Made by a program: the position numbers and the translations under genes. Under the pieces are notes generated by a model that saw only the letters and a program-made list of their open reading frames with translations, searched no databases and was not told the DNA's origin. This document shows, one piece after another, positions 12,880-26,861 of a DNA stretch of 64,000 bases. Location: positions 6,510,001 through 6,574,000 of the forward strand of contig NC_043012.1 of the NCBI RefSeq assembly GCF_006345805.1. The letters are read 5' to 3'. The stretch's first letter is position 1; each line of letters opens with the position of its first letter. The DNA is from Octopus sinensis. Taxonomy: Eukaryota.

Positions 12880-13840
12880 ACTAATATGAACAATTTCATG
12901 CTGTGTATGTTACAGATGATAAAAAAACAAAAAACAAGAAGAAACAAAAATTAGAAACATTACCACAGATAGTACACAGACTTACAAAATAGGAAAATTA
13001 ATTAAGAATATCATTATCATGCTTGACAAGGAAAGTGAAATAAAAGTATTATAATGCAGACATATGCAAATACTTAATAATCAATGAAATAGACAAAGTA
13101 CAATACAAACATATATGAAACAGAAGATAAGAAAGGTTTATTGTGGACATATTTGATAAATATTTAAATACTTGAAATTTAATAAAGATAAATAACTAAA
13201 ACTAAATGCAAAAGAAATAAGGTAATTGGCATAAACACTGTAGCTGATCCAGTAATTTGTCATGGTTACAATATTCTGAAGTGGATGCTAAACAAACTAG
13301 CAATTTGAAAAAAAATGAAAAAAAAATAATAATAATAACATTTAGAATAAATACACTCAAAATCTGACATAAGAAAATTCTATTTGTTGTGAATACAAAA
13401 AAGGTAGGGATCTCATGTGGCTGAAAACTATTTTATAATATCCACAGAAAGACTATAAAAGTACTTAGCAAAAGAAAATAATGGAAAATTGATATGAACA
13501 GCTACAAAACAGAACAAAAGGAAAGAAAAGTATTTTCTGATTTCAAGGAAGCCAATAAATATAAAAGAGAAGCTGAAATGACAGATTGTTAAGAAGAAAA
13601 TAGAGAAATAAAAAGGAAAATATAATTAGGAAAAAGCTAAAACTGGAGCTTCAGAAGGCCATAATATGAAGACAGCAATAAAATACTCTGCATGTCCAGT
13701 ACGTGAGAATATGAATAGTGAAGAAGATGGGGACTGAAGAAAACCCAGAAAACATCGCCTGAGAAGTACAGAACTGAAAGTGGAGGCTGAAGGGTTCTTG
13801 ATTGCAACACAAGGTCAAGGCTTCCTACCATGCCCACCCC
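12880..13840 (+). mobile_element. Highly degenerate R4/Dong-type (RLE-bearing) non-LTR retrotransposon fragment, RT/thumb region
   Basis: Interrupted frames give a YKYL-like segment, NKVIGINTVADPVICHGYNILKW, TLHVQY and RLRSTELKVEAEGFLIATQGQ (cf. LKxETEGFxxAxQDQ); many stops and frameshifts. Confidence 0.6.
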
Positions 13841-14115
13841 CACTCCAAAGCATGAAATGAAGGAGAATTACTATTAATAACAGCTGGATATGTAAATATG
13901 GAGTGGAACACTTAACCATATCGTATTAAGCTGACAGGTCTTAGCCAAAAAAGGGCATGTGGTTATTGAGGTGGGGCCAACATTATATAGTACCTATTAA
14001 AATGAGGTAGTTCATGAATTCACTGGAAAAGGGCCTCGGGGAAGGATGAAACAAAAACATTATTATTATTGAGCTCCCAGGTCACTCAATAATAATAATA
14101 ATAATAACAATAATA

Positions 14116-14555
14116 AAATGGGAATTGCAAAATCCTGTGGGATGCAATGAACCTGTGTGATCACCCGACCAGACATAAAAAACCGGACATTGTTGAGGTG
14201 AATAAAAAAGAGAGAACATGTATGATAATCGACGGAGCATACCCTGGTGACATCAGGATCAATGTGGAAGAAGAAAAAAAAATAAACAACTATGACGATT
14301 TAAAGTGGGAAATACGAAGATTGTGGTCAATGAAGAGAGTAGACATAATACCAATAGTAATTGGCCCACTTGGAAGTATCAGCACTCAACTACCAAAAAA
14401 GATCAGTGCAAGTGAGAAGGTAGAACACCTACAAAAATCAGCATTGCTTGGAACTGCAAGAATTCTTCACAGTAAATAAGTGTCACCTTAGTCTGCTGGC
14501 TGTGGACAGCTGACACTGTCCATCATACCCAACAAAATAAGTTGTGAGTTTTCAT
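14116..14555 (+). mobile_element. R4/Dong-type non-LTR retrotransposon 3' end (restriction-like endonuclease) embedded in (AAT)n
   Basis: KILWDAMNLCDHPTRHKKPDIVEVNKKERTCMIIDGAYPGD...KINNYDDLKWEIRRLWSMKRVDIIPIVIGPLG contains the PD..D..K RLE signature; (AAT)n on both sides. Confidence 0.85.
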
Positions 14556-14590
14556 ATAATAATAATATAATAATAATAATAATAATAATA

Positions 14591-14678
<88 letters not shown>

Positions 14679-15072
14679 CCTTTCTCCTATAGGTACAAGG
14701 CAAGAAATTTTTGGGGTGAAGTAGTAAGTCAATTATGTTGATCCCAATATGTGACTGGTACCTATGACTCCAGAGCAATTTGAGCTCAGGACATCACAGG
14801 ATGGAAGGAACACCACAAACCGTTGTTTGTTTGTTTGTTTTCCTGATGGTCTGATCAGAAAAGCTTGTATGAATGAAAGTGAATGGACAATGAATTGCAG
14901 AAGACAAATGTAAAGTTTTCTCATTCTTTAGATGTAGGAAATGGTTAGAGGGATTATGTTAATTAAATTAGAGAAACTCTTTATTTACACAGACATGATT
15001 GCAGAAAGTAAAGAATTCTTGGTAAATTTCCTTAGTTTACAAATTCTTCACTTTCATTTATAAGAGTATATC

Positions 15073-15103
<31 letters not shown>

Positions 15104-15372
15104 CTTCTATGTGTCTATGTACGTTTCACATGTATGCCTGCTGTGTCTTGTGAGTTTGTCTCTATGCTTCATTTTGTTTGTTTTAATATGTATATATGTA
15201 TACACACTCATTTCTTCATTCTTGTGTGTTCTTATATAAATGCATATGCACACACAAACACACAGACAGACAGTATAATTGTGTGTATATATATATATAT
15301 AATATATATATATATATGTCTGTGTGTGCGTGTATGTGCGCGCGCGTGTATATACATATACAGATATATATA

Positions 15373-15425
<53 letters not shown>

Positions 15426-16130
15426 GTATATGTATATATATATATATATGTATGTATGTATGTATATGTATATATATATATGTATGTATATGTGTGTGTA
15501 TGTATATATATATGTAGGTATGTATGTATGTATGCATGTATGTATGTATGTATGTATATACATGCTTATAAATTACATATTTATTTATTTATATATGTGT
15601 ACATATATACTCAAACTTTTGAAGACACACACACACACCTGCGCTGGCGCTTGTTTGTGTGTGTACATAGATACATACAGATATGTGTGCACAAGTATAT
15701 TTGCACAGGTGTATGTGTTATGCACACATGTTCTACATTAGTTTCTGTGGCTATCTCCTCTTGTTATCAATGATTCCTTAAAGCCATCATACCAGCAATT
15801 GGTGAAGAAATAAAGAACAAACCAATGAATATGCAACCCGCTCCACCACCTCACGCACACACACATACACTGTATATCAGATGAAGGGGGCGGAGGAAGA
15901 GTGTTGCTTAATTACGAGAGGTGGAGGTAGGATATTTCTATGTATCAATGAAGTTGCATGCATTGAAAGGAAAGTGGATGCATATATATATATGTGTGTG
16001 TGTGTAAATATATAAATATATATATGTATGTATATATATATATGCACACACATATATGTATGTATAAATGTATGCATGTATATATATATATATGTATATA
16101 TATATGTATATATATATGTATATATATATG

Positions 16131-16168
<38 letters not shown>

Positions 16169-16704
16169 TATATATATATACACACACACATATATATAAA
16201 CACACTCACATAGATGCACACAAATATTTTTCTATGCATACATGCATATACACACATGAATACATATACAGGTGTGTATGTGTGTGAGTGTGTGTATACA
16301 GTCTGTTTATTAATAAATATAAAAACATAATTTTGCAGTACATGTTTGTTCTGGAAGATTGCAGTATTTAGAAATATATCTTTTAGTCTGGTAATTGGCG
16401 ACTTTTATCTAACCATAATTTTACCATTACTCACATCCATTTATTCATTGCTGTTTCAATCATTGCTCTCTCTCTCTCTCCTTCCCCCCTCTCTCTCTCC
16501 TTCCCCCTCTCTCTCTCTCCTTCCCTCTGTCTCTCTCTCACTCTTTCTCTCTCTTTTGCATTCATCAATATACAGAGAAAGTACAAACACACACACACGT
16601 ATATATACACACACGAGTGGAAGAAGACTAAGCAAAGATGGAAAGAAATTGGTTGATTTTTCTGGTTTACATGAGGATGGTTAGCGAGATAAATAGAGGG
16701 AGAA

Positions 16705-16752
<48 letters not shown>

Positions 16753-16866
16753 CAGGATGACTTGATATCTAAATGAAATTTACTGAGAAAAGAGTAGATA
16801 AAAATGCATGTTCAAAGAAAATAAGAGATACAGAGAGATTAAAAGAATATATATATTATATATATA

Positions 16867-17283
16867 GGTGCAGGAGTGGCTGTGTGGTAAGTAGCTTGCT
16901 TACCAACCACATGGTTCTGAGTTCATTCCCACTACATGGCACCTTGGGCATGTGTTTCCTACTATAGCCTCAGGCTGACCAGAGCCTTGTGAGTGGATTT
17001 GGTAGACGGAAACTGTAAGAAGCCCGTCATATATATGTGTATGTGTGTATATATATATATATATGTATGTGTGTGTATATGTTTGTGTGTTTGTCCCCCC
17101 CCAACATCGCTTGACAACCAATGGTGGTGTGTTTATGTCCCAGTAACTTAGCAGTTCGGCAAAAGAGACCGATAGAATAAGTATTAGGCTTACAAAGAAT
17201 AAGTTCTGGGGTCGATTTGCTTGACTAAAGGCGGTGCTCCAGCATGGCTGCAGTCAAATGACTGAAACAAGTAAAAGAGTAAA
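16867..17283 (+). mobile_element. SINE family A, full length
   Basis: Complete head-to-tail match to the other family A copies. Confidence 0.9.
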
Positions 17284-17316
17284 ATATTTATATATATATA
17301 TATATATATATACACA

Positions 17317-17814
17317 CGAGGAGATATTGATAAATCGGGTACAGCTGATCATGCATGGAAAAATGGAGACCACCTCCCCCTGTAGGATGAAGTTAAAATA
17401 ATAGACAGAGAAGCTGCACATATGCTAGGACACAACAACCTCCTAAGCAGATTGAGTGTAGATATGAACAGCATAAGGGAACCTGTATTAAGGAAGGATA
17501 GAAAAATATTAGATTTATAAGCCCTAAAATTCACTCCATAAAATTCACGGGCATATGGTGTAGTGGTTAAGAGTGTCAGGATTCCAAGCAGTGACTTGAG
17601 CAATAACAATAATAATGATCATAATAATAATAACATTGAAAAATACCTTAGGAATGAGAATCTAGGTTCAAAATTTCCCCAAGACACCTGAAGCAGGCTG
17701 GAGGGTATATCAGCCGAAACGTTGTGTTAATAACAAACAAGACAAGGACAAATATCCGTTGAATGTAAGTAATATAAATAATGTACATAATTCCTCATCT
17801 CTTAAATATTGAAC
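17317..17814 (+). mobile_element. Penelope-like element (PLE) 3' remnant: GIY-YIG endonuclease C-terminus plus terminal region with a tRNA-like A-box and a hammerhead
   Basis: 17317-17520 reads RGDIDKSGTADHAWKNGDHLPL*DEVKIIDRE|AAHMLGHNNLLSRLSVDMNSIREPVLRKDRKILDL*, resembling the PLE GIY-YIG C-terminal S.IA.H.W..GH...W..V.I.D.E motif (TGG>TAG stop, probable in-frame deletion). Confidence 0.75.
17683..17728 (+). ncRNA. Minimal type-I hammerhead ribozyme motif with palindromic ACGU stem III; core variant CUGAAGC
   Basis: GACAC-CTGAAGC-A-GGCTG-gagggtatat-CAGCC-GAAA-CG-T-T-GTGTT: stem I GACAC/GTGTT, 5-bp stem II, GUU triplet; A9 appears as C. Confidence 0.75.
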
Positions 17815-19179
17815 CGGTCTTTTGGTAGTTTGCAAACTAAATGGTTGATTCTGGCCATTGACAGTTTGTTGTCTGTTCATCCACTCAGCTTCTTGTGATA
17901 TAAACCCTTGATTCAATAAGCTCATGTCCACCATGCTGTGTCCCATGATTCCAAAGTAATCTTAGCTGTGGTGGTTACCTGCTGCTAGGCCTGGCAAAGG
18001 TGCCACTGATGATTTAGCCCAAGGCCATTTACTCCCATATTCACAGCTAACCTGTGTTTACATGCTAATTAATCCATAGTTGTGACCCTGACAAGTGCTG
18101 CCACATCAGGTCTGGGCAGAACCTGGGAACAACAGTGGCTAAGAGATGATTCCACACTACTTGAAACCATGGAACTTTTGAATAGGAGCCCCACCACACA
18201 ATGCAGTTTCATGTCATGCTTAAGACAAAGGAGTATGTAATACGAGAGAAATTCAGCTGTCATTTCCATTTCTAGTTTATCAAGAGAATATTCAGAGTGC
18301 TCCATCACTGACTCCTAAAAAACCCTATTTAGCACTTTTTTCAGCTTTATATTAAATCAACCTATGATTAAAGAAAATACAACCATTATCACCACCTTAT
18401 CCTTTTTTAAATGTCAGACTGCATTGTTCAATGGGTTGATATTTAAAAAATGCAGTAGGATGTGATTTATGTAGGATTTGGTTACTATTTCTAGCAGGAT
18501 GAGGCTGTTTGATTGGATTATATGGAGGTGAATTATATCAGTCTCATAGTCTGGAGAAGTCTGCAAAAATGATGGGGAAAAGATAGTCTACCTGACTAAA
18601 CCTTAAAATAAGAATTTGAAATGATTGAATGAATCCGGCCTATCTTTTGAAGGCCTGGAATGAATCATTGAAAGGAAAAACCGTTGGATTGGGTTCTCAC
18701 AATTACATGCTCAATAAATTGGAGCATAATGGTGTTCCCAACATGAGCAATAAAAGGATATATGAGTCTCTGCAATAGAGACATAAACAAACCAACACCA
18801 GTTGTCAAATGGTGGGGAACAAACACAAAGGCATGCACACACAGACACATGTACATACACACATACACACACACACACCACACACCACTCATATATGATT
18901 GACTACCATATAGTTTCTATCAGCCAAGTCCACTCGCAAGGCATTGGTCAGCTCTAGGCTATAGTAGAAGATACTTGCCCAAGGTGTCAGGCAGTGAAAC
19001 TGAACATCAAAGCATGTGGTTGAGAAGCAAACATCTTGCTACGCAGCTATGCCTGTTAAAGTTGGAGGGTGCAGGAGTGGGATTTGAACTCACAGCACAG
19101 AGATATACAGAATGAAAGCCAGCAAGACATTTATTTTTTTCTCTGACATGCCAACGACTCTACAAAGCCACTGCCTAAG

Positions 19180-19211
<32 letters not shown>

Positions 19212-20044
19212 ATGTTTGTATGTATGCATGGGAGTGGGTGTCTGGGTATATGCCTGTGTGTATAGCTACTCAAGAATCCAGGCAATAGAATCTAAGTTCA
19301 TGTACACACACACACACACATGCACACACATACACGCGCATGCACAAACACACACACGCAAACATACATACACACACACAAACACACATATGCACACACA
19401 CACATACAAACACACACACACACAAACACACACACTCACACACATGCAAGCACACATATACGCAAACACACTCACATGCGCAAACACACACACACACACA
19501 CTCACCCCACACACTTAACACATGCAAACACATACATGCACACACTCACACACATTCACACACACACATGTATATACATGCACACACTCACACACACATT
19601 CACGCACACACACACACACACACTCATGTCTTCTATGCACCCTGATCATTTTCTTTTTCTTTCATGGACAGTTATACATTTATATATTTCAATATCTCCA
19701 TACAAAACCATTGGCAAAGCAAATTATTAGCACATATTACATATTTGGACAGTTCCACACTGCTAGAGAAGACACAGTCTATAACAGACCGATGTTTATA
19801 ACTTTGCACTGGTAATAACTTGACCATAAAGTTATCGACCAACAATGTTCAGCTAGAATGGACTAAAGCAATGTAGTCTGTTGTGATGGCAGATACCCAA
19901 AGGATTTAGCATGGTCTGAACTTTATAATCATGAAGTCAGCATTCCACCAGATTAATTACACAAACATTGTGTAACATTCAACTGAAGGAAAGGGGATAA
20001 ATGCATAGATATAGGTACATACATACCTACATACATACACACAC

Positions 20045-20077
<33 letters not shown>

Positions 20078-20220
20078 TGTATGTATGTATGTATGAGTGT
20101 ATGTATGTATGTATGTATCTATCTATCTATCTACCTATAGATTTACAATTATTTATGTAATCATAATGAAGAGTACTTGCAAAAAGTACCAACGTGCTAG
20201 AAATAGAAGTCAAAAAGATA

Positions 20221-20624
20221 TATCATCATCATCATCGTTTAACATCTGTTTTCCATGCTGGCATGGGTTGGACGGTTCGACTGGGGTCTGGGAAGCCAGG
20301 AGGCTGCGCCAGGCTCCAGTCTGATCTGGCAGTGTTTCTATAGCAGGATGCCCTTCCTAACACCAACCACTCCGTGAGTGTAGTGGGTGCTTTTTACATG
20401 CCACCGGCACAGGTGCCAGAGGAGGCTGACAAACAGCCACGATCAGTTGGTGTTTTTTATGTGTCACCGACACGGGTATCTTAACTACAATTTCCATTTG
20501 ATTTTTATTTTGATGTTGGTGTTGACATACTTGACTCAATAGGTCTCCTCAAGCACAGCAGGTCACTCTACGATCCAAGGTTAGTACAGCAGGCCGTCCT
20601 GTGAGCCATGAACTCACTTCTTTT
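20221..20624 (-). mobile_element. Family C element (RTE-type 3' end/UTR with (GAT)n tail); other copies near 8250, 10620, 11115, 24171-24660, 45470, 46360, 54741-55095 and 38390 (+)
   Basis: Shared GGTTGG.GTTAGGAAGGGCATCC motif and terminal CCCATGC.AGCATGGAAA...GTTAAACGATGATG; the minus strand has a short AVLEETY* end resembling RTE ORF ends. Confidence 0.75.
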
Positions 20625-20648
20625 ATATATATATATAGATATATATAT

Positions 20649-21184
20649 ATCACTTTGATCACTTTGACCGACCAGTCCGTCAGGCGTCCATTTGACACTG
20701 CTGGTCACAGCACACTGTCCACTCCTCTCTGGATCGCGCCTTTCTCATCCACGTGATCCCAATCGTTCTCTTGAAATCGTCACTCCACCGTCGTGGAGGT
20801 CTTCCGGGTGGTCTTTTCCGCTCACGTGGGTACCACTCGATAACTGCGTGTGTCCACCGATTATCGGTGAGCCAAGCGACGTGTCCAGACCATCATCAGA
20901 GGCATCGACTGGCAAGGCGGTGTCGACATCAATGTCGAGCTCCTCACCCACCTCCGTTTCGCTGACGACATCGTACTCATCGCTGAAACCACGGATCAGC
21001 TTCAGACCATGCTGACGGAGCTCGACATCAAAAGTTCTGCAGTGGGTCTCAAGATGAACCGCATGAAAACAAAGTTCATGCGGTCAGACAACGTACCAAC
21101 AGGTCGAATGGTGATCGGCAGTGATGAAATAGAGGAGGTGAGAGAATATGTCTACCTGGGACGGGAAGTAAATATGTGCCGGGA
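20649..21184 (-). mobile_element. RTE-1-like LINE insertion with an inverted 5' segment
   Basis: 20649-~20887 (minus): GHVAWLTDNRWTHAVIEWYPRERKRPPGRPPRRWSDDF...DA* plus a (CAAAGTGAT)2 tail. ~20888-21184 (plus): RT core LLTHLRFADDIVLIAE...GLKMNRMKTK...EYVYLG. No internal stops; (TA)n on both flanks. Confidence 0.92.
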
Positions 21185-21668
21185 TATATATATATATAGT
21201 TGTAAAATCTCAAGAAAAGATCTAAGTAGTAAGTATACTAAAAAGAGTGGCTGTTCCATGTTACTACTAGTTTAACCCCAGGCAGATTCTCCTCCAGCTG
21301 GTTATCAGTGTGACTCTGCACTCTTTATACACAATATATTGTTAGCAGGGGGTACAAACCCCTGTATATATATATATATATATATGTATATATTTGTACA
21401 CACACACACACACACACACATGCACACTAACACATACAGGGAATGTATGTGTAAATGTATGTACATGGATGTATGTAAATACACCCACATACATCTTGGA
21501 CATCCATTTCCCAACTCAGCCTTATAAACATTAATTCATAATAAACAAACTTTACTAAACATTACAACAATGAAACATATTCATACGTACATAAAAATTC
21601 ACACACACAATAAGGATAAGATAAAGACAGGGAACCAGCAGAGTAATACATTATAAAACATAAGTAAA

Positions 21669-22072
21669 GGCGCAGGAGTGGCTGTGTGGTAAGTAGCTTG
21701 TTTACCAACCGCATGGTTCCGGGTTCAGTCCCACTGCATGGCACCTTTGGCAAGTGTCATCTACTATAGCCTTGGGCCGACCAAAACCTTGTGAGTGGAT
21801 TTGGCAGACGGAAACTGAAAAGAAGCCCGTCGTATATATGTATATATATATATGCGCGTGTGTGTTTGTCCCCCTAGCATTGCTTGACAACCGATGCTGG
21901 TGTGTTTATGTCCCCGTTACTTAGCGGTTCAGCAAAAGAGACCGATAGAATAAGTACTGGGCTTACAAAAAGAATAAGTCCCGTGGTCGAGTTGCTCAAT
22001 TAAAGGCGGTGCTCGAGCATGGCCGCAGTCATGTTGTAAAATTTACTGAAACAAGTAAAGGAGTAAAAGAGT
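21669..22072 (+). mobile_element. SINE family A, full length with intact 5' end
   Basis: Starts GGCGCAGGAGTGGCTGTGTGG; CpG-rich, so probably young. Confidence 0.9.
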
Positions 22073-23123
22073 ATATAAACACACACACACATGCATACAT
22101 GCACACACGAACACTTATGCATTACTTAAATAATTTTCGATTGTGTCCTCTAGTTTTTCGTATTAAAATAAATATATGTATTTATTTCTTGGACATGATT
22201 AAGTTTCCAGTAGACAATTGTCATTCAAATTTACATTGTATTTCATTACATTAACACTGGGTATATATCTAAGTCTATGAAATTGTACACTGTACACTCC
22301 TGGTGTATTTATGATATTTGCGTGTGTGTGTGTGTGTGTATGCATGTACATATCTATATCTATCTATCTATCTGTCTCTGTATGTGTATATATATATATA
22401 TATATACACTCACATACTCATACACACAAACATTCATCTATATATATGATATATATGCATATATATTTGCATAAATGCATACATACATAAATGTATGTGC
22501 AATCATACATGTACATACATACTTACACACACATATATATATATATATATATGCATGCATATTAATACATATACATTTTCACCTCTATATACATCCTGCA
22601 TTTTACACATCTTCACACATTTATTTATCTTTCTATCTACTCATATAAATATACATATATACATGTATATATATACATGTATATATATACATGTATATAT
22701 ATACATGTATATATATACATGTATATATATACATGTATACATACATATCCGTAAATCCTTAAGCACACAAACACACACATACATAGATAGATAGAAACCA
22801 TAAATTATATTAACCGTTAACAAATTAAATAAATAGCCTTAAATGGCCAGTTACAATACGAATACATGAATATACTAAACGCTTTTTACTTCAGTGCAAA
22901 ACATTTTCATTGAAGCATGAAGTAGGGTTTCTATCCATATGAGGATAATTTGTTTTGCATGAATTATCTGCTAAAATTTTGAACATAACATGAAAAAATT
23001 CCTTAAATGGGTGTATTTCGTTTTTTTATTTCGTAATTCGATACCGAAAATGCTTAATATCAATTGTATTTCTTATGTTTAATGACAAAAATATGGTGAA
23101 AGTAACGAAATAAATTCACTTAC

Positions 23124-23405
23124 ATTCAACTAACACTATAACACTTTGTGTTATGTGCTTGCCATGTTGCATAACTGTGAATGTGTTCTCTGCCCTGCAT
23201 GCCAGCCGATCGGAATGGTTGGAGCGACTGACAGGGTGGAACCTCAGCACGGATCCTGTATGGATCAGTCCTCTGTTGGCCGAAAACCACTTGTAGAACA
23301 CATAGGGAGGGTTACCAGGTTTCGCTTCACAGTACAGTGATTGGTCACTGCCTTCAAGCCAGGGGAAATCATGACTGCTGCTTATCATTGGCTGGCCAGG
23401 TGGGT
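23124..23405 (-). CDS. Internal coding exon B of the same Ig-superfamily gene; one Ig domain
   Basis: Acceptor ttctttctttcctctctAG, donor T|GTAAGT; 282 nt, phase 1/1; YPPGQPMISSSHDFPWLEGSDQSLYCEAKPGNPPYVFYKWFSANRGLIHTGSVLRFHPVSRSNHSDRLACRAENTFTVMQHGKHITQSVIVLVE. Aligns ungapped to exon A (41/94 identical by hand count). Confidence 0.92.
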
Positions 23406-25962
23406 CTAGAGAGGAAAGAAAGAAAAAAAAAAGTAATGGAATTAAAGAAGAAATTTAATACAATAAAGCAGTAGTGAAATATAGCAGAAATGGTAAAGTT
23501 GAGTAAATTCTGGGATTAAATTTCAAAGCACCGTTAAATTTTGTCCTCTGCAATTCTGTGTTCAAATACCTCCTTTCATCATCATTATCATCATTATCAT
23601 TGCCATCATCATCATTACCACCACCATCACCACCACCACCACCACCACCACCACCACATCCACTACCACCACCACCATCAGCGTCATCATCGTCATCATC
23701 ATCATCATCATCATCATCACCACCACCATCACTGCCTAATAATTAACTAAAAGTTAAGCATGAAATATTTTCACTATAGACACATTACAGTGGAGGCACA
23801 ATGGCCCAGTGGTTAGGGCAGCATACTCTCAGAGGATCGTGGTTTTGATTATGCAAAAATGCATATATATATATATACACACACATGCATGCATGCATAG
23901 ATATATTGGAAAAGAGAATATCTATGTTGAACTATTGAGAAATCTGCAGTTACTCTATCCTGATTAGAAATTCAGGTTTATACCTGTAATTATTGGGGTT
24001 CTGGGATATGTTACACACTGCCTAAATACCAATCTTGAGAAATTAGGCTTCTCAAAACCAGAAAGGAGAAAGCTAATTCGAAGACTACAGATCCAGTCCA
24101 TCACTGGAACTAACAATCTGTAAAACTTTCCAGAAGTTTATCATTTAAATATATATGAGCATGTCTAGATCATCATCATCATCATCATCGTTTAACGTCT
24201 GCTTTCCATGCTGGCATGGGCTGGACAGTTTGACTGAGGACTGGTGAGCCAGAAGGGTGTATCAGGCTCAAATCTGATCTGGCAAAGTTGCTACAGTTGG
24301 ATGCCCTTCCTAGTGCCAACCACTCTGAGAATGTAATGGATGCTTTTACGCATCACCAGCACGAGGGCCAGTCAGGTTGTTCTGGCAACAACCACGCTCA
24401 TTTTTTTTTTATGTGCTACCTGCACAGAAGCCAGTCAGGTGGCACTGGCAATGACTACGCTTGAATGTTGATTTTCACATGCCACTGACACATATACCGA
24501 TAAGGCAACGCTGGCAACAATCACGCTTGAATGGTGCTTTTTAGGTGCCACCAGCATGGGAGCCAATCTGTGGCCCTGGCAACAATCGCGCTTGGATGTG
24601 CTTTTAATGTTCCACTGGCACAAGTGCCAATCAGGCAGTACTGTCATTGTCCACGTCAGCGATTTATGTATGAGAATACATACATGAAGCAAAAAACAAA
24701 AATCTGCACATATACATACATACATACATACAATAATACTCTGTTGTTTATGTTGAAATTCCAATGAAGGAGCCTTGGATCTAGGTTAGAAACTGGCTCT
24801 TTGTCTATTAGCAAATCTTGAAATAAAACTGAACAATGTCATAGATTCATGATGGGCTTCGCACTGCCGAATCTATTCACAAGGTTTTGGCCAGACTCTA
24901 TATATTAGTAGAAGACCTTCGCCCAATGGACCTTCCAATGGGGTCTCAACCTAAAACCATGTGGGTGCTAGGCAAATTTCTTATCCACATTGTCATGGCT
25001 GCACCTCTACGTATGTACAGATTTATGTATACATAGTTATGTATGTGCATACATAATTTAGATGTATATTATACAAAATACTGCTAGGAACATATATATA
25101 CATAGTAATGATTATATACATACACATACATCAACATATACATACACGCACATGCACACACACACACACCACATATATATATGAAGGTATGCATGTATAA
25201 TGTATATTTGTGTGTGTGTAAATACATGCATACATATACACTTATGTGCATATATGCATATAAATATATATATATATATATATATTCATAGAAGGAGGGA
25301 GAGAGAGAGGGGGAGACTAATATATGAATAAATTTATGTCGCACACTCATATATATATACATTAACACAGACATATATATAGATGCATACGCACACATGT
25401 GCACACACACACACAGGGTATATAATTTATATGTGATAGGCTATTAGAAACACATATAATTGCTGTTACTTTAAGAGTGTATAAGAGTGCAACTTGCGTA
25501 TATGTGACAAAAGATTGTGCAACATTCACTGTAGACAGCAAGTAGATTAAATGAGCAATTCCTTGCAGTAGAGTTTGCAGTTGACATGGTAACCGTAAGT
25601 TAGAGCTGGTTTCCTGCAGTTTATTTCTAAATGTAATTGTGAGATAATTTAAGTTGTATTCACATGTAGTAGCATATGCCTCAATGCACTACACAAAAGT
25701 CAGAGATGTTATACATCGATGTACATACCTCCCTGTTCATAGACGTTTGTATGTATCGCTATGGGTTTATGTATGTGTGTGTGTGTGTGCGCATATGATC
25801 ACAAACATGCATACACATAAACATACACACACACACATATACATATATATAGATGAATAGGTGAGAATATGTATAAATATATGCATGCTATTTATATTAT
25901 ATAATATATATATATATATATACATGCACACACACATATATATATATACAAATATATATATA

Positions 25963-26049
<87 letters not shown>

Positions 26050-26861
26050 ATATTCATATATATATAATATATATATGTATGTGTATATATATATATATAT
26101 ATAATATATATATATATATAATATATATGTATGTATGTATATATATATATACAGACATACACACATATATATAAAGTATGTGTGTGTATACATAGGTATA
26201 TATGTATATATAAACACACATACACACACATATATTTATATATGGTTATATATACATATATACATATACACATGTATATTTAGATACATGCATATATATA
26301 TATATGTGTGTGTGTGTACATATATATTTCTATATATATATATATAAACATATATATATATATTTACACAATATATGTATATATATATATATATTGTGTG
26401 TGTATGTGTCTTTATGTATATACAACATGTACATGTACATGTAATGCCATACCTTATATCTTGTATGCTAATTGCACTTTAACATCAGATTTTGTACATG
26501 TATAAATAAACATGTGAATCCTCACATAATGCTACATAATCATATTTATATATATATATATATTTTTATATATATATATATATATATACAGATATGAGCT
26601 GAAACACTGTCCTCCAGGCATTTGCTTGAAAGTCAATATAATAAGATTGTGCTTTATATATATCTTTATCCATATGCATCAAAGTTTGTCTGTATTTTGA
26701 AACAACTGCACCATTTTTCAAGGAATATTTACTAAATTTTGTAGCGAGATTTAGATGCAGCCCAAAATGATATGAAGGCACAAAAGAGACTGAGAGAAAA
26801 AAAAACAACAAAAAAATACAAGGTCTAAGGCTGCTTTTGTTGTTAAATAGTAAAGAGTCAA

